IMG/VR virus record: IMGVR_UViG_3300014204_000013
Coordinates: 13,181-77,180 of that record
Source: a virus
Taxonomy: Duplodnaviria; Caudoviricetes
DNA: 64,000 nucleotides
Reading direction: 5' to 3' (one strand)
In this document: in pieces, positions 7,926 to 16,699 of the stretch
Position numbering within the stretch: position 1 is the first letter of the stretch
How the letters are laid out: each line of letters begins with the position of its first letter
Notes under the pieces: model-generated
The model's input: only the letters and a program-made list of their open reading frames with translations
What the model was told of the DNA's origin: nothing
Databases searched by the model: none
Translations under genes and position numbers: made by a program

Positions 7926-10900
7926 TTAGGTAAATAAAGTCTGTTGCCTAGATTTCAACTGTAGATCCATCTCACTGATTCCAAAACATGAAAATATCCT
8001 GGTTAGTGGAGGAATAAGTTGTTTTTGGAGGTAATATTCGGTATCTATGGGTAGGTTGTGCTCCAATACATATTCTGGATCTTCGGCGCGGCTGGTCATA
8101 AGTTGCTTTCGCTTTCCGCTTTTCGGGCCGCTTTTGATGATGATGAAGGGTATTCTGTCACCTAGCACATACTTATGAATACCGCGAGCATCTAGTTTTT
8201 TCATCAGTTCTGCATGGGGTTGTACCTGGTTATAGTTTTCTGGGTTACGGGTTAGTGTTCTGGAAAGTATTAAATCTTTTAGGATTGTGTGATTGGATGA
8301 TTTTACATTTTGTAGAGCTGTCCTGGCATGATTCAATGCCAGGTCTACGTTACCTTCTATGAGAATTAGTTCCAGGCATTTAGTTAAAGTCATAGCGGTT
8401 AGGTTGCACCAATCGCGACGTACTGTTTCAATTCCTTTTGCCTTTATGATTCCTTTATCGGCGGTTTCAAATCGATACATCGCATAATGCTTTTTCGCTA
8501 CGATGAGAAGTCTTTTTGCAAACGCTTCGAAGACGAGTTCCATGGGGGCTGGGAGGCCTGCAGTTGCAATTGTAGCAATTTCTTTACCAATGCTTTTGGC
8601 GATGTTAAAATCAACTCCACCTTTAATGGATATAAAAATAGAATCGGTATTGTGTAATAATATTTGACCCATACTATCTACAAATGTATGTGCATCTTCC
8701 ACTGATAAATCATATACATAACAATTTGACGAGCATTCTGTTATATTGGTATGTGTTGCCATTTTGGATTTTCCACTCCATTCTCTGATTGTATATTCAT
8801 GCTTATCTTCTCTAAATTTTGTCCTGTATTTTACATTTAATATTGATAATAGTGTAGATATTCCACTAGCTAATCTGGTTGATGTGGTTGAATATTCAAA
8901 ATGTCCACTGATATTAATATATCCATCGCCTCTTACTAATTCATTGAACAATATCAGTTGATCTTTTGACTCCATATTAAATATAAAATCTGGTAGTTTT
9001 TTATTTTTAGATTCATGCCCACATAATGCATTAAAAAAATGAGCACTTGCCATATTCATCATTTGCAACTTACGAGTTTCATCTTTATATGGATTTCCAC
9101 CATTGATAGATCTAATTTTCTTTTGAGATTCGATTACACACGTTTTTACATTATTTATAAACATGTGGTAGATATTTTCCATTTCAAGTAACCAATTTAC
9201 ATCAGTGTCGCATATGGCAGATCCTATTTTAGATCCAAAAGATGCACTACCTTCTGTAATATATCCACATAACAGAATTCCCAGTTTAAGCAATTCATCC
9301 TGATTATAAAATCGTTGAATTGATATTTTGGTATTTTGTCCACCACCCAGTTTTATAGTGTTTTCATGCTTTACGAAATATCGATTCATGAATTTGTAAT
9401 CTTTAACATATTCCCATAAATCTATTTGTGTAATATGTTTATCGGATTTTGGTATATTGCATCTGTACATTTTAGTAAATTGCATTTCAGTTGGTTTGGT
9501 TTTGTTTAAATCGATATCCATAAATGAATGATCTTCTGTTGTTACAGATTCACCGAATTTTTGATTTACCCGATATATTTTTTTAGTTGTAAAATGTCGC
9601 ATAATAAAATTAATTGGCTTCCATCCCAAATGCGTTAAAGCGTTCATTTCTGAAACTATAGCATATTCTTTACCGTTATGTATTTCGATATCATCTGCGT
9701 TATTAAATAATTCTTCTACAGGGATTACTTTTATAATCTCATTTTCTTGAATTGTAATACACCTATCACCCACAATGCTATCTCCAGATACTACTTCTAG
9801 TTCGTACTTCTTTTCTTCTAATTCGAAGTTTGAATGTTCTTTCACGATACTTTTAGTTCTAAGTAGATTTTCTCTGCCATATGCTGTAACTGAGTTTGTG
9901 ATGATGGGTGAGAATAGTCTGGCTCGGGTGTAGCCCGAGTAACCGTAAATTGAATTTAGTAGGATCTTCATGGCATATTGTTTGGCATCCAGGGCATCTT
10001 TCTCCTCGGGGGTAGCTGCAGTTTTCATTGCAGTCTTGGCTGCCAGGCGTTCGGCTAGCAGGGTTTTGAGAATGCGAGGGACTATGCCTATGTAAGTGGA
10101 TTGGCTGACAAATTTTCCACCGCATGGGGTAGTTATGATGTCTCCGGGGGGTTGCTCATCTCGGATTTCGGTGCTGTAGCAGAGATTGTAGGCCATCATG
10201 ATGGTTGGGTATAGCGATTTGTAGTCAAGAATAACTACGTCCTCTGTAAGTCCTATTTTTGGATCAAGAACGATGGCACCTTTAATGGTTTCGGCTTCCG
10301 AAATGTCGTCATCTTCTAAGGCTTGTTTGGTTCCCATGACACGGTGTTCTTCTTTAAATGCTCTGGATATTCGGGCTTCAATCATATGAGATTGGCCGCC
10401 GTTGACAACCACTTGAAGAAATGCACCACTAGCCTTGGAAAGTGCGAAGTATTTATTCATGAATCCTAATTGTTTAACTAGCATCATGACTAACGTTGAA
10501 TCTCGTCGGGAATATGAGATGAATTTATTGATACCCGAACCTTCCCAGAGAGCACGCATCTCTCCGGGTTTTACATCAAGTTTTTCACTATGCAGGATTT
10601 CTTTTGCTACATTTTTTAGGCTGTAGGATTTTAGGCGATATTTGTCCATGGCTTTGATGGCCGGCAGGGTATCCAAGACAATTCTACCTCGAATGGATAC
10701 TTTGTATTTGCCCATGAAACTGGTACACCAGGCTGGTTTGCCATCCCGAGACATTCTTAGCTTAACTTCTAAGATTTTGGCTCTATCGGTTATATATGGT
10801 ATATCGAATCCAACTATGTTATGGCCTGCAACTATGTCAGGATCAAACTCATTTATGATGAAATCTAATTTTTTTAACATATCCTTTTCATTGTCGGAGC

Positions 10901-11552
10901 AGATCACATCAGGTCGTGGGCAATCGATATCTTTTGCAACCATTACAACGTTGTTTTGACCTCGCCATTGAGGGTCAAATTCCAAGCTGATTAAGACTAT
11001 GGAGTTTACGTCTGCAGTTGGGAATGAACCATCGTCTTTTGGGAGAGTTTCTATATCGATGGCCATTGTTTTTAACGGGGCATTCTTTTTTTCATCTACG
11101 GAAATTATGTCTTCGTGTGAGATGGTTGGAGAGTCGGGAGTTATCACCCAGCCTGCCCCGCTTATCCCGTGATCTATGGCGAATCGATCTGCGAAAAGTA
11201 CGTCACTTTCGTAAGTTGTGTAACCATCGGAGGTGCAAAAGTCGTTTAAGAGCTTTGTATCCTTTGGATTTTTGACCGTTACTTTGAGCATATTCCTGGG
11301 TTTCGACTGGAAACCAAGGGGTCTAAATCTTTTGACATCTTGGAAACGCATCTCGATTCCAATTGAATCTCCTAATGCAGATAAATATTTCTCAGCCTGG
11401 GTTGGTGATGGGTGGTCTATGTAGAAATAAGGTAAAAAGCCAGTAACTCGTTTTGTGATAGATGTGCCGTTTTCTGTTATGCCAAAAAGTACAATTACGG
11501 GAAATCCGTTAAAATCGTAATTGTAAGTGGCATCGAGGATCTGGAATTTCAT
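7926..11552 (-). CDS. polB: family B DNA polymerase (archaeal type) containing an intein
   Basis: Exo motifs AIDIET, GHNIVGFDIPY, YSRRD; pol motifs LDYKSLYP, KILLNSIYGY, SGD|TDS; AKGIETVRRDW. Confidence 0.95.
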   Translation of the reverse strand: MKFQILDATYNYDFNGFPVIVLFGITENGTSITKRVTGFLPYFYIDHPSPTQAEKYLSALGDSIGIEMRFQDVKRFRPLGFQSKPRNMLKVTVKNPKDTKLLNDFCTSDGYTTYESDVLFADRFAIDHGISGAGWVITPDSPTISHEDIISVDEKKNAPLKTMAIDIETLPKDDGSFPTADVNSIVLISLEFDPQWRGQNNVVMVAKDIDCPRPDVICSDNEKDMLKKLDFIINEFDPDIVAGHNIVGFDIPYITDRAKILEVKLRMSRDGKPAWCTSFMGKYKVSIRGRIVLDTLPAIKAMDKYRLKSYSLKNVAKEILHSEKLDVKPGEMRALWEGSGINKFISYSRRDSTLVMMLVKQLGFMNKYFALSKASGAFLQVVVNGGQSHMIEARISRAFKEEHRVMGTKQALEDDDISEAETIKGAIVLDPKIGLTEDVVILDYKSLYPTIMMAYNLCYSTEIRDEQPPGDIITTPCGGKFVSQSTYIGIVPRILKTLLAERLAAKTAMKTAATPEEKDALDAKQYAMKILLNSIYGYSGYTRARLFSPIITNSVTAYGRENLLRTKSIVKEHSNFELEEKKYELEVVSGDSIVGDRCITIQENEIIKVIPVEELFNNADDIEIHNGKEYAIVSEMNALTHLGWKPINFIMRHFTTKKIYRVNQKFGESVTTEDHSFMDIDLNKTKPTEMQFTKMYRCNIPKSDKHITQIDLWEYVKDYKFMNRYFVKHENTIKLGGGQNTKISIQRFYNQDELLKLGILLCGYITEGSASFGSKIGSAICDTDVNWLLEMENIYHMFINNVKTCVIESQKKIRSINGGNPYKDETRKLQMMNMASAHFFNALCGHESKNKKLPDFIFNMESKDQLILFNELVRGDGYINISGHFEYSTTSTRLASGISTLLSILNVKYRTKFREDKHEYTIREWSGKSKMATHTNITECSSNCYVYDLSVEDAHTFVDSMGQILLHNTDSIFISIKGGVDFNIAKSIGKEIATIATAGLPAPMELVFEAFAKRLLIVAKKHYAMYRFETADKGIIKAKGIETVRRDWCNLTAMTLTKCLELILIEGNVDLALNHARTALQNVKSSNHTILKDLILSRTLTRNPENYNQVQPHAELMKKLDARGIHKYVLGDRIPFIIIKSGPKSGKRKQLMTSRAEDPEYVLEHNLPIDTEYYLQKQLIPPLTRIFSCFGISEMDLQLKSRQQTLFT
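8649..9779 (-). mobile_element. intein (377 aa) with LAGLIDADG-type endonuclease in PolB motif C
   Basis: Starts SIVGDRCITI, ends ILLHN followed by Thr; CGYITEGS and NELVRGDG motifs. Confidence 0.92.
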
Positions 11553-11983
11553 AATTTGGCAAGCCTCTCAAATGCTTCTTTATTTCGGCTCATACTTTCT
11601 AAAACGTGTTTTTGCATGGGGGATGGGAGTGAACTTAAAGGATCACCCATTAAGATTTTAAAGACAATAAATTCACCATATTTGGAATTGTATTTATCAA
11701 TTTCATTCCAAGTTTTAGTGTCAGATAATGGTACTGGGATCATTTCTTTCATAACTTCTTTCGGAACATCATAAACATGACGGGTTAAGATTACATCGGT
11801 AATGATACCCCACAATGCCCCTTTAACAGCGTACCCTCTTCTCAATTCTACCTTTCTTCCAACCCATATGGTTTTAGTGTTGAACCCTGGGCGTACTCCT
11901 CGAATCTCCCATTTCTTAGCTCCTGATAAAAAAAGGTCATACCATTGCTTGTTTAATGGTACAAAAAGTCGATCTTTACTCAT
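11549..11983 (-). CDS. ASCH/PUA-like domain protein
   Basis: LFVPLNKQWYDLFLSGAKKWEIR...GRKVELRRGY ASCH signature. Confidence 0.7.
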   Translation of the reverse strand: MSKDRLFVPLNKQWYDLFLSGAKKWEIRGVRPGFNTKTIWVGRKVELRRGYAVKGALWGIITDVILTRHVYDVPKEVMKEMIPVPLSDTKTWNEIDKYNSKYGEFIVFKILMGDPLSSLPSPMQKHVLESMSRNKEAFERLAKL

Positions 11984-12371
11984 ATTCCTCCGAAAATACT
12001 ATTCTGGTTATCTTGGCGTTTTTTAGCAGTTTTTGACACATCACACATGGGCTGTGAGTACAGTAAAGGGTTGCTCCCTCGATAGATACGCCATGTAAAG
12101 CCGCTTGGATTATCGCATTTGCTTCAGCATGGACTGCCCGACATCGCTCAAATCCGGTCGCGTGTTCTGGTTTAGAGCAACCAACATCAATGCAGTGTTC
12201 CTCACCTGTAGGAGCACCATTATATCCTGCAGATATGACATGACCATTTTTTACAAACATGGCACCTACATGCCGGTGGGTGCAAGTTGACCTGGCTGCT
12301 ACTACTTTTACCATTTCTAAGTAGTAGGTGTCTATGTCGGGTCTGGTGTCGATTAAGGTTTGGGTTTTCAT
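11976..12371 (-). CDS. dCMP deaminase
   Basis: STC...VGA, GYNG, HAEANA, HSPCVMC. Confidence 0.93.
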   Translation of the reverse strand: MKTQTLIDTRPDIDTYYLEMVKVVAARSTCTHRHVGAMFVKNGHVISAGYNGAPTGEEHCIDVGCSKPEHATGFERCRAVHAEANAIIQAALHGVSIEGATLYCTHSPCVMCQKLLKNAKITRIVFSEEYE

Positions 12372-12373
12372 GG

Positions 12374-12898
12374 TTACATCTCCGGAAAGTTTAGATGGGC
12401 GTATTTTCCATGGTATATTTTCTTAGCCGCATCTACGATGTGGGCAGCGTCATCTTCATTAGCAAATAGACCTAAGTAAATTGGTTTTCCGTTTTTTCGT
12501 ATTTGGGCGAACCATTTAGATCGATCTTTGTTCCAAGTTACTCCTTGATATTGACTCGACGTATGTGTGCCTTGTTTTCGACTATTCATGATATTTTGAG
12601 AATGTGTTGTAATTCTCAAATTATCAAGTGTGTTTTTTAGGCCATCGTGGTTGATGTGATCTATTTCCTCAGTTCTCAGCAGTGGCCTACCCAGTTTGGT
12701 TTCCATAATAACGCGATGCATACGAATGATCATACGTGTATTTTTTATAGATATCATACGTGCTGCATAATATCGATAATTTGATGCACGCCCTTCTTTT
12801 TTAGCATACCATTTATACTGATTTAGATATTCAAACTCGTCGTCTATTTGAGTTACCAGTCCAGAGGTTAATGAAAGTTCAATCATCTTTTTCCCCAA
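12374..12898 (-). CDS. HNH-AP2 homing endonuclease
   Basis: RMHRVI..DHINHDGLKNTLDNLR; SQYQGVTWNKDRSKW; paralogue of 106..633. Confidence 0.9.
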   Translation of the reverse strand: MGKKMIELSLTSGLVTQIDDEFEYLNQYKWYAKKEGRASNYRYYAARMISIKNTRMIIRMHRVIMETKLGRPLLRTEEIDHINHDGLKNTLDNLRITTHSQNIMNSRKQGTHTSSQYQGVTWNKDRSKWFAQIRKNGKPIYLGLFANEDDAAHIVDAAKKIYHGKYAHLNFPEM

Positions 12899-13194
12899 CC
12901 ACGAGCTTCAAAATCTTGGAAGCGTTCAAATGTATGTTGAATACCTAGTCGTAAGATATCTGCTGGCAGTACACCCAGATCGTAGCATAGTAACTCAATT
13001 TGTACAAGCGCATCTCCCAGCTCCAAAATTGCATTTGCTTTCAAAGCCGAAGTTTCTGCAGTGAAGATGCGAGCCTGCAGCAGCCCGTAAGCTACCAGGG
13101 CAAGTTCCTTGTTTAAAATGATGATTCGATCCTGTGGTGTTTTTTGATCTTTCTCCAAAAGATGAAGGGTCCTGGTTGTGCGTTCGAACATCAC
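12883..13194 (-). CDS. MazG-like nucleotide pyrophosphohydrolase
   Basis: LNKELA...ELGDALVQIELL all-alpha NTP-PPase motif. Confidence 0.7.
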   Translation of the reverse strand: MMFERTTRTLHLLEKDQKTPQDRIIILNKELALVAYGLLQARIFTAETSALKANAILELGDALVQIELLCYDLGVLPADILRLGIQHTFERFQDFEARGWGKR

Positions 13195-13909
13195 ACGCCC
13201 AAAAGAATGATTTTTTTATCAATGCTCTCACTGCATCGTAATCACGTTTATAGACATGTAGTGAATCATTTTTATCCACAATTCTGACGATTATGCAGTC
13301 GTTGGGGTCTATTACTTCGCGATAAAGCATGTCAATCAGTGCTATCAAATTGGATTGCCAGGCACCCCAGGCATCGCGAGATCTCCAATCAAAATGAACA
13401 GAAACCTTTCCATCACCTTCATGACGAATCCTTATACGCTGCAGACAGGGACTTGCGACGTTGCCCATATCTGCTTCTGGCTCCCAGGTGATAGCCTGAC
13501 TACGGTTTGATGAAATTCCGGTGCCTATTTGAACGGCTAGATCGTCTCTCATTGCTTGGAGCTGGTTGATGAATCCGTTGTACCTGGCAAGCCTATCGAA
13601 GTACATGTATGCGAATTTGGCATCTTCGGGTTTTAGATCATATTCTTTTAGATATGACCAGGTAAATTCGTTGCAGTACTGTTTTACCAGTTTGAATGGA
13701 TTATCGGGATGAATGCTCTTTTTTTCGATTTGTTGGATAGCATCTCCTTCTAGTATGATAGTTTGAACGGTATCTTTTGCTGGTTTTGGGTTGAATTTGT
13801 CTCCGAATACAATTTCTTTACCGAGACTGCAATTACGTAGTAGTTGAAGCCAGGCCTGGTTGAAGTTTAAAGATCGAACTTCATGGATGGGTGGTAATAT
13901 CGTTTCCAT
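12995..13909 (-). CDS. thyA: archaeal-type thymidylate synthase-like protein (natural end probably near 13190)
   Basis: SPCLQ catalytic Cys, RSRDAWGAWQSN, DSLHVY; last ~65 codons overlap MazG and look non-homologous. Confidence 0.8.
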   Translation of the reverse strand: METILPPIHEVRSLNFNQAWLQLLRNCSLGKEIVFGDKFNPKPAKDTVQTIILEGDAIQQIEKKSIHPDNPFKLVKQYCNEFTWSYLKEYDLKPEDAKFAYMYFDRLARYNGFINQLQAMRDDLAVQIGTGISSNRSQAITWEPEADMGNVASPCLQRIRIRHEGDGKVSVHFDWRSRDAWGAWQSNLIALIDMLYREVIDPNDCIIVRIVDKNDSLHVYKRDYDAVRALIKKSFFWACDVRTHNQDPSSFGERSKNTTGSNHHFKQGTCPGSLRAAAGSHLHCRNFGFESKCNFGAGRCACTN

Positions 13910-13927
13910 GAAGAAGATATTAGAGAG

Positions 13928-13955
13928 GGAACCTATTTAAAGGTTTTGATGGGTT
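13928..13955 (-). promoter_or_regulatory. conserved viral promoter (BRE/TATA), copy 1
   Basis: 28-bp exact repeat GGAACCTATTTAAAGGTTTTGATGGGTT; TTTAAATA on the minus strand ~25 nt upstream of the thyA ATG. Confidence 0.75.
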
Positions 13956-14008
13956 TGGCTTTATATGTAAAATTGGTTTTTCAAATACTAGTGTTGAATG
14001 TTATAAAC

Positions 14009-14119
14009 TCAATCAACTACGCTTTCTAAGTCTGCAAAGAGTTCATCTATACTGGAAAACGTCTTGCATTGCCCGGTTTCCAATTCGTCTATAGCTGTAA
14101 TTATCGTGTCTTTGGCCAT
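14009..14119 (-). CDS. RelB/DinJ-antitoxin C-terminus-like peptide (36 aa; ~51 aa from ATG 14165 if an A9 run were A8)
   Basis: Hand translation MAKDTIITAIDELETGQCKTFSSIDELFADLESVVD. Confidence 0.45.
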   Translation of the reverse strand: MAKDTIITAIDELETGQCKTFSSIDELFADLESVVD

Positions 14120-14231
14120 ATTCAATAATTGATGATTTGATGTTTTTTTTTAAATTCATGGACATGAAAGATAGTTAGCTTAATAAGATATAAAGGAATC
14201 GTTTAAGTAGTAGAACATCATGTAATATTGT

Positions 14232-14504
14232 ATGGCATCGATATTGGAAACATTGGCTGCTAAAGGCATAAATACTGCGCTGGACTTGGCTTTTAGATCT
14301 TCTCCGGTTAGCTGCAAAGATGTTGCTGCCGGAATGGGAATGGCTGGAGCTGCGTTGACTGATCTAAGTGGAAAGCTTGCAGATGGAAAAATAACGGAAG
14401 AGGAAATTCAGGATACTTTGGCTAAGGTTGGGGCTCTTGGAAATGATGGAGTAGGCCTGGCTGTGAAGGCTGCAGTTGGGAGATTGATAGAGCAGATTCT
14501 TTAG
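14232..14504 (+). CDS. small Ala/Gly/Leu-rich hypothetical protein
   Basis: 90-aa amphipathic ORF with an AT-rich promoter upstream. Confidence 0.6.
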   Translation: MASILETLAAKGINTALDLAFRSSPVSCKDVAAGMGMAGAALTDLSGKLADGKITEEEIQDTLAKVGALGNDGVGLAVKAAVGRLIEQIL

Positions 14505-14698
14505 ACCTTTTTACTTTTTTTAACAGATTCTGCACATACTCTTGCGGCTTGGGAAAATTGTTTCTGCTTTTCAAATACCGTTAGTTTTGATTGAATTTGT
14601 ACATATCCATTTTGTATTTTGGATGCGTTTTTAACAATAGGATAAGATTCAATACTTTTTAGCATGTTGTAAAATTTGATTATATCACTCATGACCAA
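14501..14698 (-). CDS. hypothetical protein
   Basis: 65-aa ORF overlapping the ERCC4 gene end. Confidence 0.5.
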   Translation of the reverse strand: MVMSDIIKFYNMLKSIESYPIVKNASKIQNGYVQIQSKLTVFEKQKQFSQAARVCAESVKKSKKV

Positions 14699-15435
14699 AT
14701 CCCTTCTGCTTCAAATATTTTCTGTGCTGATTTCCCTAACCTGCGGTTGTTTATTTTGATTTCTTCAAGCTGGGTGAGATCTCCGGAGTCATGACAGTTT
14801 TGTGCAAATGCCATGAATTCGATTACTGATCCAAATTGTTTGATTATAGATTCGGCACGCTCCCATCCAACACCTGGTAAATTTGTCAAAACGTTAATGG
14901 CATGCATGTTTTTGTAAGGGTGGCATAAAAGGTTCAGTGGTGGTGAATCTGTGATGTCGTGGAGCATGTACTGGATGAGAGTGCGGTAGGCAAAAATTGG
15001 GTCCCGAGAAAGGAATAATGGGGTTACTCCGATTTCTTTTATGTCACCCAGGATTACGAGAAGCATTTCTTCGGCTTTCATGATTTGATCTTCAGTTTTT
15101 TCAACTGGGCCATCTTCAGTCATATAGACGGTAGGGATTGCATCGCGAACATCTTCCATACTGCCAAAAATGGCTAAGTAGGCGGTGTCACAGTTTACAG
15201 CCAGGTCCATACACTGCCGACCTAACCTCCCCCTGGGTGGCAGGGATCCAAATAGGTCTTCTACGAGTTTTACTTCGGCACCTGCTTTTTTGTCGTTTCC
15301 TGTGAGTAGTATATCAAATGGTAGATTAGCTTCAGTTGGTGGAGATATGTACTTTTTATAATATATGGATGCGTCTTTTAGGAAATCTGGGCGCAGAGAC
15401 TGTTTTTCGTTGGTGTCGTACTGTAGGGTAAACAT
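14689..15435 (-). CDS. ERCC4/XPF-family structure-specific nuclease with HhH domain
   Basis: YDTNE, FDILL, AEVKLVEDLFGS..GRL..Q, and LPGVGWERAESIIKQFGS HhH. Confidence 0.8.
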   Translation of the reverse strand: MFTLQYDTNEKQSLRPDFLKDASIYYKKYISPPTEANLPFDILLTGNDKKAGAEVKLVEDLFGSLPPRGRLGRQCMDLAVNCDTAYLAIFGSMEDVRDAIPTVYMTEDGPVEKTEDQIMKAEEMLLVILGDIKEIGVTPLFLSRDPIFAYRTLIQYMLHDITDSPPLNLLCHPYKNMHAINVLTNLPGVGWERAESIIKQFGSVIEFMAFAQNCHDSGDLTQLEEIKINNRRLGKSAQKIFEAEGIWS

Positions 15436-15436
15436 T

Positions 15437-15676
15437 TTATTCCTTCATGGCATCACAGATACTATTACAGCAGTTACAAACGCTATCTGTTACCTGTTGA
15501 ATTGGACAAACTTCATCTGTGTCGTCATTTTGGGAAATGTAACCTGTTTTTTTAAGATGTTCTAGGCATTCCTCTACTATTTCGATAGGTAGTTTTATGT
15601 TATTTGCAATTTCTTCTACGGTTTTGCAGGACGATAGGGCGTTTATTACAATGTTTAGATCTTCTAGGGTAGCCAT
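15437..15676 (-). CDS. small winged-helix protein with Cys-rich C-terminus
   Basis: TVEEIANNIKLPIEIVEECLEHLKKTGYI; CNCCNSIC. Confidence 0.65.
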   Translation of the reverse strand: MATLEDLNIVINALSSCKTVEEIANNIKLPIEIVEECLEHLKKTGYISQNDDTDEVCPIQQVTDSVCNCCNSICDAMKE

Positions 15677-15692
15677 GAAAAAGAATAGGTTA

Positions 15693-15720
15693 GGAACCTA
15701 TTTAAAGGTTTTGATGGGTT
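15693..15720 (-). promoter_or_regulatory. conserved viral promoter, copy 2
   Basis: Identical 28-bp repeat to 13928..13955, same spacing to the ATG at 15676. Confidence 0.75.
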
Positions 15721-15819
15721 ATTAAAAGACAGGTGTCGTTTGAAAATTTTGGATCCAGTAAAGCATTGACCATATGGGATGGCCTTAAAAAGTGATAGGT
15801 TTCAAACCTATTTAAAAAC

Positions 15820-16650
15820 TTATGTAGTTACGTGTTTGTCATAATCTTTTAGGAAACTTCGTAGTTCAATCGGAGTTTTAAAAGAAATTTCGTCATCTTT
15901 CATAGATCCACCATATTTGAATAGTAAGTTATTGAATGTTTTGGTTTTGACAGATCCCGCATTGTTTTTGTCGTATCCTCGCGAATAAGATCCATCGGGA
16001 TATACCCATATTTTAATGGAATTTAGACTTGAGTAATCATTGTTTTTTATATTAGAATTGATAGTGTTAATAGCATTTTTAAATCCTTGATCAGTATCCT
16101 TCATTTCTGGATATAATACAGCTACGATTGCTTCAGTTGATAGTGTTGGGTTGTCTTTAATTAATTTAACTGCAGGTATGGCAATTTTACCAAACTTAAT
16201 AGATTGTTGTATATATGAGTCTGGAAATGTGAGAGTACCATTATTTATTATAAGACGATCACTGTTAACGCTCATCGTTTTTAATGGTGTATTTAATTTT
16301 GAAGGGAGCTTATATTTATTTACAATCGATTTGGGTTGAATCTGGTAGTTATCTGTAACTGTTTTGGATGGATTTTTAATTGTATTTAGATTTGATTTTG
16401 GAGTAATTGTTATACGGGCATTTTGTTTTACTACAGTGGATACGATAATTGGGTTTGCTTTAACTCCAGGAATTGGTGCTGAGGTTTTGATAGCTAAAGG
16501 TTTTAAACTAGGATTACGAGCCATGATACTAGATTGAGATTTAGTTGGAATAATCTTGGTAAGGGAAGACTTTTTAGTTGTACTGCCAACACGTACTGTT
16601 GATTTTGACGTTTTAGCTCCTATTTTAATTGTCATAGTAATAGATATCAT
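15820..16650 (-). CDS. hypothetical protein with the shared S/T/K/P-rich leader
   Basis: ARNPSLKP...KQNARITITP...KTMSV as in 6232..7893 and 17874..26462. Confidence 0.7.
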   Translation of the reverse strand: MISITMTIKIGAKTSKSTVRVGSTTKKSSLTKIIPTKSQSSIMARNPSLKPLAIKTSAPIPGVKANPIIVSTVVKQNARITITPKSNLNTIKNPSKTVTDNYQIQPKSIVNKYKLPSKLNTPLKTMSVNSDRLIINNGTLTFPDSYIQQSIKFGKIAIPAVKLIKDNPTLSTEAIVAVLYPEMKDTDQGFKNAINTINSNIKNNDYSSLNSIKIWVYPDGSYSRGYDKNNAGSVKTKTFNNLLFKYGGSMKDDEISFKTPIELRSFLKDYDKHVTT

Positions 16651-16699
16651 ATACGGATATATAAGCGTAATGGAATATATAGATTTTAAAAAAAAATAT

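Noticed and set aside
11549-11640. Phd/Doc-antitoxin-like tail (MSRNKEAFERLAKL) on the ASCH protein
   Set aside because: Too short and generic an amphipathic helix to support without a search
12995-13909. dCMP hydroxymethylase (T4 gp42-like) assignment
   Set aside because: The specificity residue is Asn (QSN), as in dUMP-acting enzymes, not Asp
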